Shown here: positions 27,101 through 40,279 of the stretch, in pieces
Layout of the letters: every line of letters begins with the position of its first letter
Numbering within the stretch: position 1 is the first letter of the stretch
Assembly: GCA_964016885.1 (NCBI GenBank)
Contig: OZ024746.1
Span: 15,624,001-15,688,000 of the forward strand
DNA from: Eledone cirrhosa
Taxonomy: Eukaryota
Direction: 5' to 3'
Length of the DNA: 64,000 nt
The notes under the pieces: model-generated
What the model saw: only the letters and a program-made list of their open reading frames with translations
Told to the model about the DNA's origin: nothing
Databases searched by the model: none
Program-made: the position numbers and the translations under genes

Positions 27101-27824
27101 CAAAGTTATGGTAAAAGCTTTTTTTTTATAACTATAAATACTTTAAATTAAACAACTTCATATCAAGGAGCCAGGAGTGGTTTCAGGCAGTTTTGTATCA
27201 GAAGGGTTAAAACTGGCAGTTGTATGTCTCTCTCTAGGATTGGAATTATTGATGGGAAGGTGGGTGAAATACCATGGCTGTGTGTAGGGATATGTATACA
27301 TATTTCAGTTCTTTGCTTTTTCAAATTTTAAGGGCCACCCTTGCAATCGTATCTACCCGTGTACATACACTACACTTTATCTTATCTTGAATTTTTATCT
27401 TCGTCCTTCAGATCAGTTCCATGGAATTTATGTTGAATAACCAGTGTTGGGTTCCATGGGAAGGAGGTAGAACTAGCTAGTCCTATATATAGGTCTGTTG
27501 GGTCACCAAATTGGGAAGGGAATGTAGGAGCATAGAACTAACTAACCCTATATATAGGCGTGCTAGGTCACCACATTCCTTATGTCACCACTTTCCAATC
27601 ATTTATCTGTGTAGCTCTGAAATCTCACAATTTTCCACTCCTGTCAGACATCAACAGTTTTTACATTATAAATAATCAAAAACCACCACTGATTCTACAC
27701 CAATAAAGTGTTTTAAAGTGATTATATTTATCTTCTATCATAATTTTATGCTGAAATTTTTGTTCTAAATACCAACTTAATAACAAGAAATTTATTACTA
27801 AATCAGATCAAATTCTGGATTATT

Positions 27825-28076
27825 TTAACCCTTTAGCATTCACATTACTCTATCATCATCACCATCATCATCGTTTAACTCTATATATATATACTATTAT
27901 ATTTTCATGGTGAAAGCTTTACCTCACATAATATCTCAAATAATATCAAATCTATGAGATTTTGAAAGTATTTATTTTGAGAACAATACCTTAACATCAG
28001 TTTGAGCGACCAGTTACAGCCAGTTTCAACAGAAAGAGGTAGAGAATTCTGGCCGGTCTGAACATTAAAGGGTTAA
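27825..28076 (+). mobile_element. Family C MITE nested in a family D MITE
   Basis: TTAA-ccctttagcattcacattactc ... attaaaggg-TTAA. Confidence 0.8.
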
Positions 28077-29469
28077 AGAATATTCGAAAATTATAAGTAG
28101 TCTTTTATTAGAAATATCTTAATAAATGGACCAATTGTTGGAACAGGTGTATCCCTTTCAGGTTTACAGAAATATGTCACATAAATTTCTTCAAAGACCC
28201 ACTAACCCATTCACAATCATATTTATAATGAAATACTATGTTTCAATTAATCTAGAATTTCAGTAAACCATTTTTATTATGAAGCTGGTGTTTGTAACAG
28301 ATTAACAAAGAGAATTAAATACAATTAAGATCAAACTTGATTTGACCTTTTCTTTATAATATTTCTCATGAATGACACTGCCTCTGATTTTCAAATGATT
28401 TTGAAAGTAATCAAGAATTTGGAAAGTTATTAAACTGGTATTTAGAACATGGTGGGAGGTTTTTAGATAATATAAACTTTAGGGATTCAGTAAATTAACT
28501 TACTCATTATTGAACTGGTGTTTGGAACATAGCAAAGGCACTTTAAAATAAGATTGAAGGTCTTTAGAGATTCAGTAATATAACTTTGTCATTGTTAAAC
28601 TAGTGTTTGGAACATAACTTAATGGGAATGGTTGGCACTGCTTTTCAATGGTGTGTCCTCGGATTTAAAAAAAAAAAACCTGCCTGAAATATTTTTTGAA
28701 ATTTTCACTTTACTAACTTTTCTTTTCAACAAAGAACAAAAACAAAGATGTCTTCATTTCCCCATCACCATATTCCATTATGTTGAATTGGCTGTCGTTA
28801 AAACATTGGATAGAATGCTTTGCAGTATTGATTGACAATAAAAAGAGTACTAGTCCTGTATTGGGGTCAATTTTTCCTCTCTGTTTCTTTCCCTCTCCTC
28901 TCTCTCTCTCTGTCAACTGTGTTCTGGCCTGGAGAGGGGTTGGTTGGGCTTTGCCCGATTTAAAATGTCCAAAACACTATATATCACAGCAGTGCCCTCA
29001 CAACTCTGTAGTTACAGCTCCACTATAATAAGAGTATGTCGTTGCCTGACCTCTCAGAAATAGCTTTTAATTATATTCCCATCTTAAAAAAAAAAAGAAG
29101 CACTTTGGTTAATGTAGTCCTAGATATATTATGTTTTGAAGAAAATATTAAATGGTTACAACCAGAAAGTGTTTGATTGGAGCTGATTTCTGGCTAAACA
29201 ACCTCCACCACCATATTGAGATGATACCCATTGTTTTTCTATCATAAGTGTTTCAAACTAGACGTTTTTCATAAACTACTATTTGGATTTGTTTCTTCAT
29301 TAACATTTTCATTTCACATTCACTTCTCCATGGTTGTATGGGTTGGACAGGTCTTTTCCACCACATCATCTCTCCACACTTGTTGTAGTCCTTCATCTCC
29401 GCTGTGAAAATAATCACTAACTTTACACTTGTAACAAAAACTGTGGCATCACTTTACTCTATGTATGTA

Positions 29470-29500
<31 letters not shown>

Positions 29501-31837
29501 CCGGGAGAGATTACTCTTTAGCCTTTGTCAAGGCAAAATTTTAGGAGAAGGAAAACTCTGATATAACACCTGCAACCCTGATGGTATCCAATGATGTTGA
29601 CTTGTTCTTCTTTTTGGTAAATATCACCTTGGTTAAGAGAGTGGGACTGGCTTTGTGCAGTGCCTTTGCTCACTATAAAAGCTTCACGGCACAGGCATTG
29701 CTTTATATCTGGAGATCTCTCTGCACTTGTCATCACATGGTACCATGGGCCCAGCACTATGTGTCAGAAATTGTCACGAGTGTAGTGTTTGTACCAGAGT
29801 TTTCAAGTTGCTGGCTGGACTAAAAAGTCACACTCGTTCAGCACGTCGGTAGGGGTTCTCCTACATGGATATAAAGTAGTGGCCGTACTCTAAAACGAGT
29901 TGGCAGCCACCATACATATATATATATAATGATATACATATGTGTATGTGTATTATATTGTACAGGATCATCTAGAGGTGTTTACCTATGATAGACTGGA
30001 ATCCTTTTCTTTTTCATAGGGAACGCCATCAAACTGGTAACCCCCCCCCCCTCATTTTAACACCTATTTATATTAAAATTTTCCAACATAATTTGATATA
30101 AGAAATTTTTAATAAAATAATAATTTTAGTAAATCCTTCCAAATTCTTATTTCATTCAAATACACTGTATTTCATCTGAAATATGGTAATGAAAGGGTTA
30201 CATTTACATTTAACATTAAACCTTCTCATACCAGCAGATTGGCTACCATAATGGCTCCATACATGTATATTTTAGACACTTAGACCAGTTAAGGAAGAAT
30301 ACATTGGTCAATCGATCATTCATTTTTGTTATGGACTATTTTCTTTTACATTTGAAAAGAGGGTAATAACCCTGAAATATCATGTTGAAATATACTGGGT
30401 AAAACATTTCTTTGTTTTATGTCATCCTTTGTGCTTTATATACCGATTTTTATGGTATGTTTTAAAGTGTTTATATTTATCTAAAATCCTCCAATGATAT
30501 TTTTATAGTAGAACATTTTATTTTACTAAATTCTTCAAAATTCTGGATTATTTTCAAAACTTGTTAAAAATCATAGACAGTGTATTTTATTAAAAATTTA
30601 ATGAAAAGGTTAAATGATAACATGTATAGGAAAGGTTTTGTATATCGATATTTGTGAGAAAGTATTTTTATTGACCAAGAATAACTTCTCCCCCATTAGT
30701 GAGTTAATTTATATCCTGGACTGTGTTGTGTTGTGTTCTTGAGCAAGGCATTTCAATTCATGTTACTCCAGTATACTTAGCTGAAAATAAATACCAGCAA
30801 TGGCTAAGGGGTTTAACCCTGCAATAGACTGGTGTCCTGTCTTGTACCCTCAGTTGCTTCACGCTACTTAAACTGAGATAAGTACCAGCTTGATGAGCCT
30901 TCAGGCTTGAGACAGACATTAGACTAGACTTCAGACCACTACTAGCTGTCTTGCAGCTGTAATATATAGGTAGGGTGAGGTGAAGGTTGTAAACAATACA
31001 ACAACTTCATTGTTCTCTTTCCAACAGTGAGCCAATTATAATAATGATAAAATAATATCTCTTGTTACTATTATTTCTCCTAAAAAGTTTTACTTTAAAG
31101 AACTCTTGTCTTGACATACTGCATATAGTCAAATATAATCTGACCCCCTATTTTATGTCTGAAAAATGGGAAAAAGTTGAAACCCTGTTTATAAACATAT
31201 TGTTTAGTTTGTGCAGTTTCAAAATTCTCATGAATGGAGAATATATTTATGAAGTTTTAATATTTTGATATTTAAAATGTTTTAAATGTCATTTAGAGTT
31301 TTTATTTCACAACTCCATTATGTAATGATTTTTTAATCAATTGCTGACTGTTTTGATGGCCATATTCTTTCAAAACACATAAAAACAAATTTAACTTCCA
31401 AAGTAAAAATATTTTAGCACCTCATTTACATAAAATCTGGTGAGAATTGGCAAAATATTGACCTTGTATATAAACTGCTCCCTGCATTTTATTGTCAATA
31501 TTTATTGGCTTATATACAAGTATATATGGTAATTTTAGATTTTTGTTTTAGCACTTAGAGAAGGAAGAATAACATCAATGGCTTTAATTTTTATCAGGGC
31601 CAACCCCTGAGACTCTTTAGAGAGAGTGAAAGAAGTGCAACACTGATGGACTCCCTAACTGGAGATCTGATCCCAAAACTTGCAACAGGGTCAACTGTTG
31701 CATGACACCAGAACACAGATAAAATGTACAGCATTTTGCTCTATGCTCACCTGTGTATATATATGTCTAACCCATGCTAGCATGGAAAATGGACGTTAAA
31801 CGAAGATGATGATGATGATGATGTGTGTGAGTGCATA

Positions 31838-31980
31838 TATTATCATTAAGACCAGTAGTACAATGAACAAGAACACGTGTTTCATTGGCTGGGGTAACTT
31901 TTAGGTTGAAAAGTTGGTCCAGCCAATGAAATACATGTTCCTGTTATGTCTTTGTTGTAGTACTGGTCTTAATGATAATA
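31838..31980. mobile_element. Palindromic fold-back element (stem II-GAAA-stem III half of a hammerhead)
   Basis: ~65-bp inverted arms tattatcattaagaccagta...cattggctgg / ccagccaatgaaa...tactggtcttaatgataata. Confidence 0.5.
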
Positions 31981-32087
31981 CACACATTATATATACAATA
32001 TTTACACCCACGCATATATTTATATATTCAAATATATAACCCTTGTTAACAAGGAAAACAGCCGTTAAATGATATGTTGAAATACGG

Positions 32088-32119
<32 letters not shown>

Positions 32120-35100
32120 GCACGCACGCACGCACGCACGCGCGCGCGCGCACGGGAATGGAATGAGAAGTTATACTTGTAATAAATAATAAAGTGAAAA
32201 CAATTGTCTCAACTAGGAACCAACCCCCACCATCCACCCCTCCTGTCCCCACTGTTCTTTTCTTGAAGTTGTCACTAATTGAAAGCCGAGATCAGTATTG
32301 CTTCCATTTGACTGTCAACCACTTTAAAATGACTTCCTTTCACCAAAATCTAGTTTAAGAAATTAGGATATCTCACCAGCTCTACAGACCTGTGTCCAGA
32401 ATCCACTTCAACTTGACTGACTCATAGGATGCTGTGTTTCACTAAAGGAAATGCTTCATAGATAGCCATCTATAGATTATGATCAAGTAACATACATTCT
32501 CTGTTACTGGTCAGTTTAAGAACCAGGAAATGACCTTCACCTTGATATAGCTTCACTTTTTTCACAATTTACTCTTGAGACTCTTAAGAAATCTGGAAAC
32601 TTGGAAGGAACTTGTGTGTGTGTAATGTGGTAATGTGCGTGTCATCATCATTTTACGTCCCCCTTCCTTCTATGCTGGTATGGGTTGGATAGGTTACCAC
32701 ACTCAGACCAGATGGCTTGGAGTGACCAGTGTTGCGAGTTACATTCCATATTTGGCATGGCCCCTTTAGTTACCAGCTTGTCCAAAGCAGTTTCCGTTTT
32801 TATAAAACAAAACTATCTATTTCAAAGAGTTCATATTTAACCCTTGTTGACACCAGCTCTCCCGAAAACCACCCATCATTTTAAAGGGGTGTGATAGTTT
32901 TGGAAGCTAATGGCGTCACCCGTTGCTCCATCTCCCCTAGTAGTTTACCACTATTGGTCTGGGGCTGCTTATTCGTCCGGCAGGTGCCTGCTTATATCGC
33001 AACTAGCCATCATATCTGTTGGCCGTATCACTATCTGCCACCCGGGTTCCTATTTATATTAAAATCTTCTAAAATAAATTGATATAAGATCCTTTTGTGA
33101 AGTTATGTTACAAATAATGAAATAATTATTTCACTTCAATCACTAATTACCAAACGATTACAAATACAAATTGCTATTTTATTTTGACTGTTAAATTATT
33201 AAAATATTTCAATATTACCCATCAAAACCCAACACCTTTTAATGACATGATATTCTTCATAAAAGGGAAGATTTTTGTATATATTTACATATGTACATAT
33301 ATATGCACATATGATTATGTTTCCCAAATAGAGGTGAATATTATAGTATATATATATATGTGTGTGGAGGTTAGGGGTGTCTAGTCAAAGTATGTTTGTT
33401 CATAAAATCTGGGGGAAAAGGGCCAAACTAATTGTTTTTCTCAAGTAATTTATTTATTTTTGTAGCTTAAACAGAAAGAATGTCAGAATTTAACTTGCTT
33501 ATATCTACTCTACTTATATAGTCAAGTTAGGAGCTCCCATAGCTGATAACCTTGAATGTATCTACTCTACTTATATAGCCAAATTAGGGGCTTCCATAAT
33601 TGGTAACCTTCCTTATATCACTCAACTTGTATAGCTAAGTTAGGGACTACTAAGATTTTCTTTTGTTTTTCTGATGTTTAGCTAGCTGTAAATTACATTG
33701 TAAAAGGCAAGAGCAGGAGGGAGAAATATTTTGTGGAAGATGTAGATATTAAGTAGAATGGTGGATGATGATCTGGAACAAACAACCTTCATATATAGAC
33801 TGTTGTGATGTGTTTGAAGACAGGGACTAGAAATTATCTAGTTTTATTTGTGGATAGCTATTTTCTCTATTAAAACACATAGTTTGTTTGGAATGTTATT
33901 AATATTAAATGTTTTTAGAGCATGTTTGATAACTTGTTATGGTGAATTCACATTACATAATCGGCAAATAGAGGTTACTTTATAAACACTATGGTGGACA
34001 TAGCATTTTTCGATATGGCTGTGATAAACATGTGTCACAAACATCTTGTTAAAATAGGGCTGTGATAAACCTGTGTTACAAACACATTGCTAAAATATGG
34101 CTGTAATAAACCTGTCACAAAAGGAAATTCTGAAAATATTTTACTGTGTACATCAGTGATTTCTAAACTTTTGTTTCGTGTGGCACACTTTAGAGAAAAT
34201 AGAAATATTTTGAGGTACTTTATGGCTAAATAAAATAAATTATTTAGAAAAGATAATTTAGCCTATGAATATAATTTTCAACTACAGTAAATTATTAAGT
34301 TCTATTTTTATTCAATAAATGAATCACGGTATATTAGTTTGTACTATTACTATACATCTGTTCTACATTTTCCCTCTTAACTCAACATCCTCTGCCACAT
34401 GAAACTTCATTAGCAAGATATTCTTGTCAAGTACAAAACAGCTCTAAAAATTAAAATCTTTAGTCTAATATTGCAAATTTACACAACAATCTGTCCACCA
34501 ATAAAGATACTATAAGCCTTTGAATTAACAAATCACATGAAGCTCCATTAGTGACACATTCTTGAAAAGTACAAAACAGTTCTATGACTACATCACATTA
34601 AGAATTTAAGTCTTTACTGCAAATTTTCACAAAGATGCAATAAACATGTTTTCTGTTAAATCACTACTGGATGGATTGTCTGTGTGTGTCCGTACCTATA
34701 TGCATATTGCTCTTTGTTTCTATGAGAGCGATTGTACCCTCACATGGCTTCTACTGCTAATGTTAACACCTGAAGCACCTTCAACAAAAACTAACAACTG
34801 GCTTTAAAAGGAGGAACCTTAACCCTAACACAATAATAAAAGTTGAAGGGACATAATTAGAATTTTGATTGAATGAAGATTTAATCTGACCCACACCCTT
34901 TGTATCACAATTGCTATACTAGTTGTTACTGTTAAACATTTACTCTAAACTCTTTGCACCATGGGTTTAACCATGCATGACTGAGTTGCAATTGATGTGC
35001 AGCAGTTTCTCTCTTAAATATTACACAAGTTACAAGACAAAGTAGCCCAGTCTGTGTAACAGCTGGCTATGTGTGGGTGTCACCTTATTGAGGTCATTCC

Positions 35101-36145
35101 TTGGTTTTTATTGAAACTATTGAAATTGCTAATAAAATAGATAAAGCTGTAAAACAACTCATAAATGTTGACAGTTTTAGTGGAAGGGTTCTTTTCAGCA
35201 GAAATACTACTGACCTGGTTAGAGGATATATAAACTGGCTAACAATAATGTGTTAGTGTCTTGTTACTGATTCTCTGATACTATTCAGGCCACTGTTAGT
35301 GTGTTTAGAGGGACCCTAGCGATGTTTGTTTATATAGAACAGTTTAATGATAATTTGGTAGTTACTAGTGTCTTGTTACTGTACCCTAGTACTATATGTA
35401 TACATGTGTCACTCTTAATGTTTAGAGGGACCCGACTATTGTGTTTGTGTAAGTATACATACCCAAACTACTATTAGTATTAAAGAGATCCTAGTATTGT
35501 ATGTGTTTGTGTATAGTATATGTCTCTTTTTAATTGAATATCAATGTTTAGATTGCTGTTATGATTTAAAGAGGGGACAAGGAAGTATTTGTGCTTCCAA
35601 CAAATATATTTGTTAAATTTTAAAGTCTTGTAGTTTTCTGTTCGAGATATGAGGTTCATAAACAAATTTTAGAGTTGAAGTCTTTCTCCCAATTCAGTTA
35701 TATTTTGTATCAAATCTGGATCTGCTGCTTTCCTGTTGATGGTTACTTCTTTAACTCTTTCCTCACTGGTGGTCATATATGATTACTTCCCTTAGAATTG
35801 TAATTCTTCCCTCTCTGGTGGTTGTATATGATTACTTCCCTTAGCATTGTTTTGGCACTAATTCCTTAAGCCAAATAGTGAAAATCAACAGTTTTTGTTT
35901 ATAAAAAAGTTTATAAATAATGAAAATGGATAAAATGTTCAGTGAAGGTTCCAGACTAAATTTTCTAAAGGATATTGCCAAACATTTCATTATATTTGCA
36001 GATTATTAAATCAAATTTAATATAATAAACTGGGCAAAATCATGAAAAATTATTTTCATCAAGTATCAACATATACATCCCAGAAAGTTTCTTTAAATAT
36101 ATTAAGAGAAATATAATGATGTGGCTTAAAAGTTGATGCAGTGAC

Positions 36146-36830
36146 TCACTTTACACATCTTGTTTTTGGTTCTTTTCTGTTTTGTTTGGAACACTGCTTA
36201 AGTCTCCCCCACCCCCATCTACAGGCCAGGGGAACTTCTTTCAAGGCCCTTTTTCTTTTACTTGAATATTCACCAATTAGTTGATGGACCAGATTCATTT
36301 TGAAACCCAACCGATTAAACGTTTTGTCTTTGCTTTTTGTAAACAGGAGTTTGTGGTTTGGTGACTTTTCATCAGCACAAATGACAACCACATAGCCACA
36401 TCAACAATAAAATAAATAAAACAAATAATTCCACCATTTGTTGTATTTTCTTCCTATGCAGTAGCTGGCTCTCAACTGGTCTGCACGGTCCACATCATTC
36501 ATGTGCTCGGTGTAGTTTTTCACTGCCCTTGGACATGGTAGATTGTAGTGTCGCCTGGTCTTGTGATTCTGTTGGACTTGTGTCAAAGAGATTGACAGAA
36601 GAATTGGTCATATGTCCCTCTTTCTCCAAGTTCTTCTGGCTGATTTGGGACTTTCCCTATATATATACTTGTAAGTTATTTACATAACTGTTGTGGAGAT
36701 CAGCCTACATCCATATTTTTATCTCACATTTTGTAGGCTTTAGTGGAATTTCTGTTTAAAGAGAAGTTATCCATTGAAGACAATCATGGTTTCATCTATC
36801 AATGTTTCTCAGAGTGGACTGTACTGTGAC
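36146..36830 (-). pseudogene. piggyBac-family transposase relic
   Basis: Minus-strand fragments IDETMIVFNG..FKQ, PLKPTKCEIKIWM, PRAVKNYTEHMNDVDRADQLRASYCIGRKYNKWWNYLF and FKMNLVHQLI; stops, frameshifts and an internal deletion. Confidence 0.85.
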
Positions 36831-36848
36831 GCCTGATGATGTGTCGCC

Positions 36849-37009
36849 TGTTTTTTTATTTACCTGTCCTAATATTTTGGGTCTAAAAAGCCTTTGTAAT
36901 AAGAAACTGCATTGAAGTTTGTGATATTGTTGTCGTTAATGGTTTGCCATTAGTCTTCTGACAAAGGGTTTTTAGACCCGAAATATTAGGACAGGTAAAT
37001 AAAATAACA
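36849..37009. mobile_element. 49-bp inverted repeat with degenerate hammerhead-like motif
   Basis: 36849-36897 is the reverse complement of 36961-37009; right side reads gtctt ctgacaa a gggt ttttag accc gaaa tatta ggac. Confidence 0.5.
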
Positions 37010-38106
37010 TCCTTGTTTCAATTTATTCCAAAATATACTGCCCATTTTGCACTGTCGTAGCATTCAAATAACATTTCTTTATACACTAATGCAATGCTTC
37101 AAACAAACTACCCTTTTATACATACATATGTACATTTACCTATTTACTAGTTATTGGGAATAAAGTTGGCAATGATTGAACTAATTCTGACGTATCATGG
37201 AATGCCTGCATTGGGTGTATTTATTATTAATTATTACATCTAGATAAACAGCCTTGATTAACTTAGTTAACGAGTGAGAGTGAAATAAGGACATGGTGTT
37301 GTCTTACCTAGAAACAGAAACAAACAGAAAGCGATCTGTCACTTTTACTGTGTAGTTAATGATAATTTCCATTGATCTATATTTTCTGTCATAAAAGGTA
37401 TGTATGTAGTCCCATTTCTCAGAAATACACTTGTTTATAACATTTCAGGATCTTGTGACTATCAGAGAACTAGTCATGCAGGACAAAGCAGTTATTAGAT
37501 AGTAGAAATACAATACATTAATACTACCTGTGCTAAATTCTCAGCCAGACAGACTTGGCAGGGGCCCCTAAATCACTGAGCCAAAACTATTTTATATATT
37601 CTTCTGACATGGGGGATTATTTAAAAAACACACACACACATCCCCTCTAACACACTTATTACACTAGTGAGAACTTTACTACTACAATCAGTCATCTAAA
37701 TCTATATTTTGTTTCTGTTGTCCATTAACTATGTAATGAAGCATTGCCAAGAGATTTTTTTTTTTTTTTTTTCCACGGTATAATTTGTATGTGATAGTGT
37801 TTATGGCTGTGGTAAAGTGACTAATGTTATGTTACCATTATATATTTCCCCAAATAGTTTTCACGGTCTATTCACTTTGTTCATACTCCACCTGAATAAG
37901 TCAACTAAGATCTGTCCATATTTTATAAAATATTTTCTACCAATCCTACAGTTTGTGTAAAGGTTCAGCAGTCTTTTTACACTCTTAGAAATGTATTATT
38001 AATTTCTTCTGATTCTTTTATTTTTGTAGCAAATTATATAGTTAATTGAATCAACTTCATGTTAAATACAATGAGTACCAGAAAAATATATGAAGTGAGG
38101 AAAGGC

Positions 38107-38317
38107 TTGACCGTTTAGCATTTACATTACTCTATATATTTACTATTGTATTTTCACGGTAAACACTTTATTTCACACAATATCAAATCTATGAGATTTT
38201 GATATTTATTTTGAGAACAATACCTTAACATAAGTATAAGCAGCCAGTTATGGCCAATTTAAACAGAAAGGGGGAAGATCATTCTGGCCAGATATGACCT
38301 GTTTAAATGCGGCTTAA
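38107..38317 (+). mobile_element. Family C MITE with eroded ends
   Basis: Interior matches 13851-14075. Confidence 0.7.
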
Positions 38318-38869
38318 GTTGAGTGTTACTTGATTCAATCTAAGTTAAAATATTTAACCTTGTGATCAGTAAAACATATTTTCCACTACCATTGTATTAA
38401 ATCAAGATTATGCCATGCATGACTGGGTCAACCAACTTATCAACTCCATCATTGTTCTGTTAAAAATAATAGCTGACCCTTTTTAAGAAGACTATATGTC
38501 AACTTTTATTATGAAACTTTAACATTTCTAATGAAAGACACTGCCTATATGTTTAAAATTATTTTGAAAATCATTTGGACAGATTTAGTGATATAACTTT
38601 TTCATTATATTGTTTGGAATATAACTTAACAAATGTTCTTGCATAAAATTTAGATAAACAAAAACAATTTAAAACAAGCAACTTCTGAATTGTAGAAGGA
38701 AGGATAGTTCCAAGTACTTTGGTATTGAAAGAGTTAAATAATTTACTAAATTGTTTATTGACTCTCTTTAATATATAGTTTATAAATACATTTATATAGT
38801 AACGCATGCTAACATTGTGGCACTAACATAGTGTGGTTCATCATAGGGGCATATATGAAAGCGTATATA

Positions 38870-39240
38870 CCATCATCGTCATTTTACATCCGTGCAATGG
38901 ATGGGTCCTCAGTACAGCATCTCTCCACTTCATCTCCTTCATGAGCTTCAGCGATCTAAGATCAGCTCTCATCACTTCCACCCAGGTCTTCTTCTGCTGC
39001 GACTTCCTACCACTGGGGTTTCCTGGCACTTCTTCACCCAACAATCATCATCCATATGCATCACGTACCTATACCAACACAGTCTCCTCTCCTGCACACT
39101 ATACCCAGTTTCTCCCTCACTTCATCCATGCTTTGTCATTCTCACACATTAACCTTACACATTCATTGATACACACTTTCCTCACTTCTCTCCAGCCCCT
39201 GCATGTCCTCTGCATTCATGGCCCATGTCATGGCACTTCA
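38870..39240 (-). mobile_element. RTE-like LINE 3' fragment
   Basis: VQERRLCWYRYVMHMDDDCWVKKC and KKTWVEVMRADLRSLKLMKEMKWRDAVL, followed by the tail ggatgtaaaatgacgatgatg. Confidence 0.7.
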
Positions 39241-40243
39241 CATACAGGCATCAAGATATACTTATGTAACATAGTTAGAGGAAGTTATATTTATATTGAG
39301 TTTCTTTATATGTTCCTCATATTTATATTGAGATTTTTATATGTTCCCCAGATTTTTTAGTTCATCTTTTGTTTCTCTAGAATGTGATTTAAATGAGATG
39401 AACAGTCAGTTTCATTGACTTTAGTTGGAAGAAAGGCAAAAATTGACCTCAATTGGATTTGAACCAATAATGTAAATAACTGTAACTAAATACCACAAGA
39501 CATTTTGTCCAATGTTCTAATGATACTGCCAATCCATCTGTTTCTTCTCTATAATCTAATAGATTAATAATCTTCTTTTTCTCCAATTCAATTTTGTTTT
39601 GATTATTTCCAAGAAAATGATTCTATGAAAGAAACTGGTTGTGGCTACTGCATGGTTTAGACCATATCTCTTTTTTTCTAAGACACATTTGAAACTGATC
39701 CTCATTCTCTAATACAAAACTATTTCTTTTAAATGTTTTATATTTATTTACAAACCTTCCATCATAATTTAATGTAAGAATCTTTAAGTTATGCTAAAAA
39801 AACTAACTCAACAATGAGAAAATTATATTTCTCAGTCATTCATTAGAAATATGGTGATGAAAAGGTTAATGGATATCTATAATCATCATGATTTAATGTC
39901 TGTTTTCCATACTAACAAGAGTTGGACAGGTCGTCACAGACCAAGGTCAGTATTTTATTGGAGTTACTGACCTCTCAGGTGGTTTAATGTCAAAAGGGGT
40001 TAATGTTGCATCACTCCACCACTGCAGTTCTTTGATCCAATAATTTAGTTCTTGTTTTTTGTTCATTATTAAAAAGCAAACCAAGTATTATCATCTAATT
40101 GATTCTGTGTTTAATGTGTTTCTGGAGTTGTCGTCTTTGATAACCAATAATTATGATGAGGTGGGGGTAGATTATTAAAATATGAAGGGTTGCAGGTATG
40201 TTTCTTTTTTCTCCCACGTTTGATACTCAATAATTAATGTTTA

Positions 40244-40263
40244 ATTTTTTTCTTCTGTTACAG
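40244..40263 (+). promoter_or_regulatory. 3' splice acceptor preceding the zinc-finger coding exon
   Basis: Polypyrimidine tract tttttttcttctgtta followed by cag, 16 nt upstream of the ATG. Confidence 0.75.
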
Positions 40264-40279
40264 ATGCCAGAAATCTATC

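Noticed and set aside
30885-30915. ttgatgagcc-ttca-ggcttgaga as a hammerhead
   Set aside because: No GAAA or stem III; it is the tail of a CORE SINE
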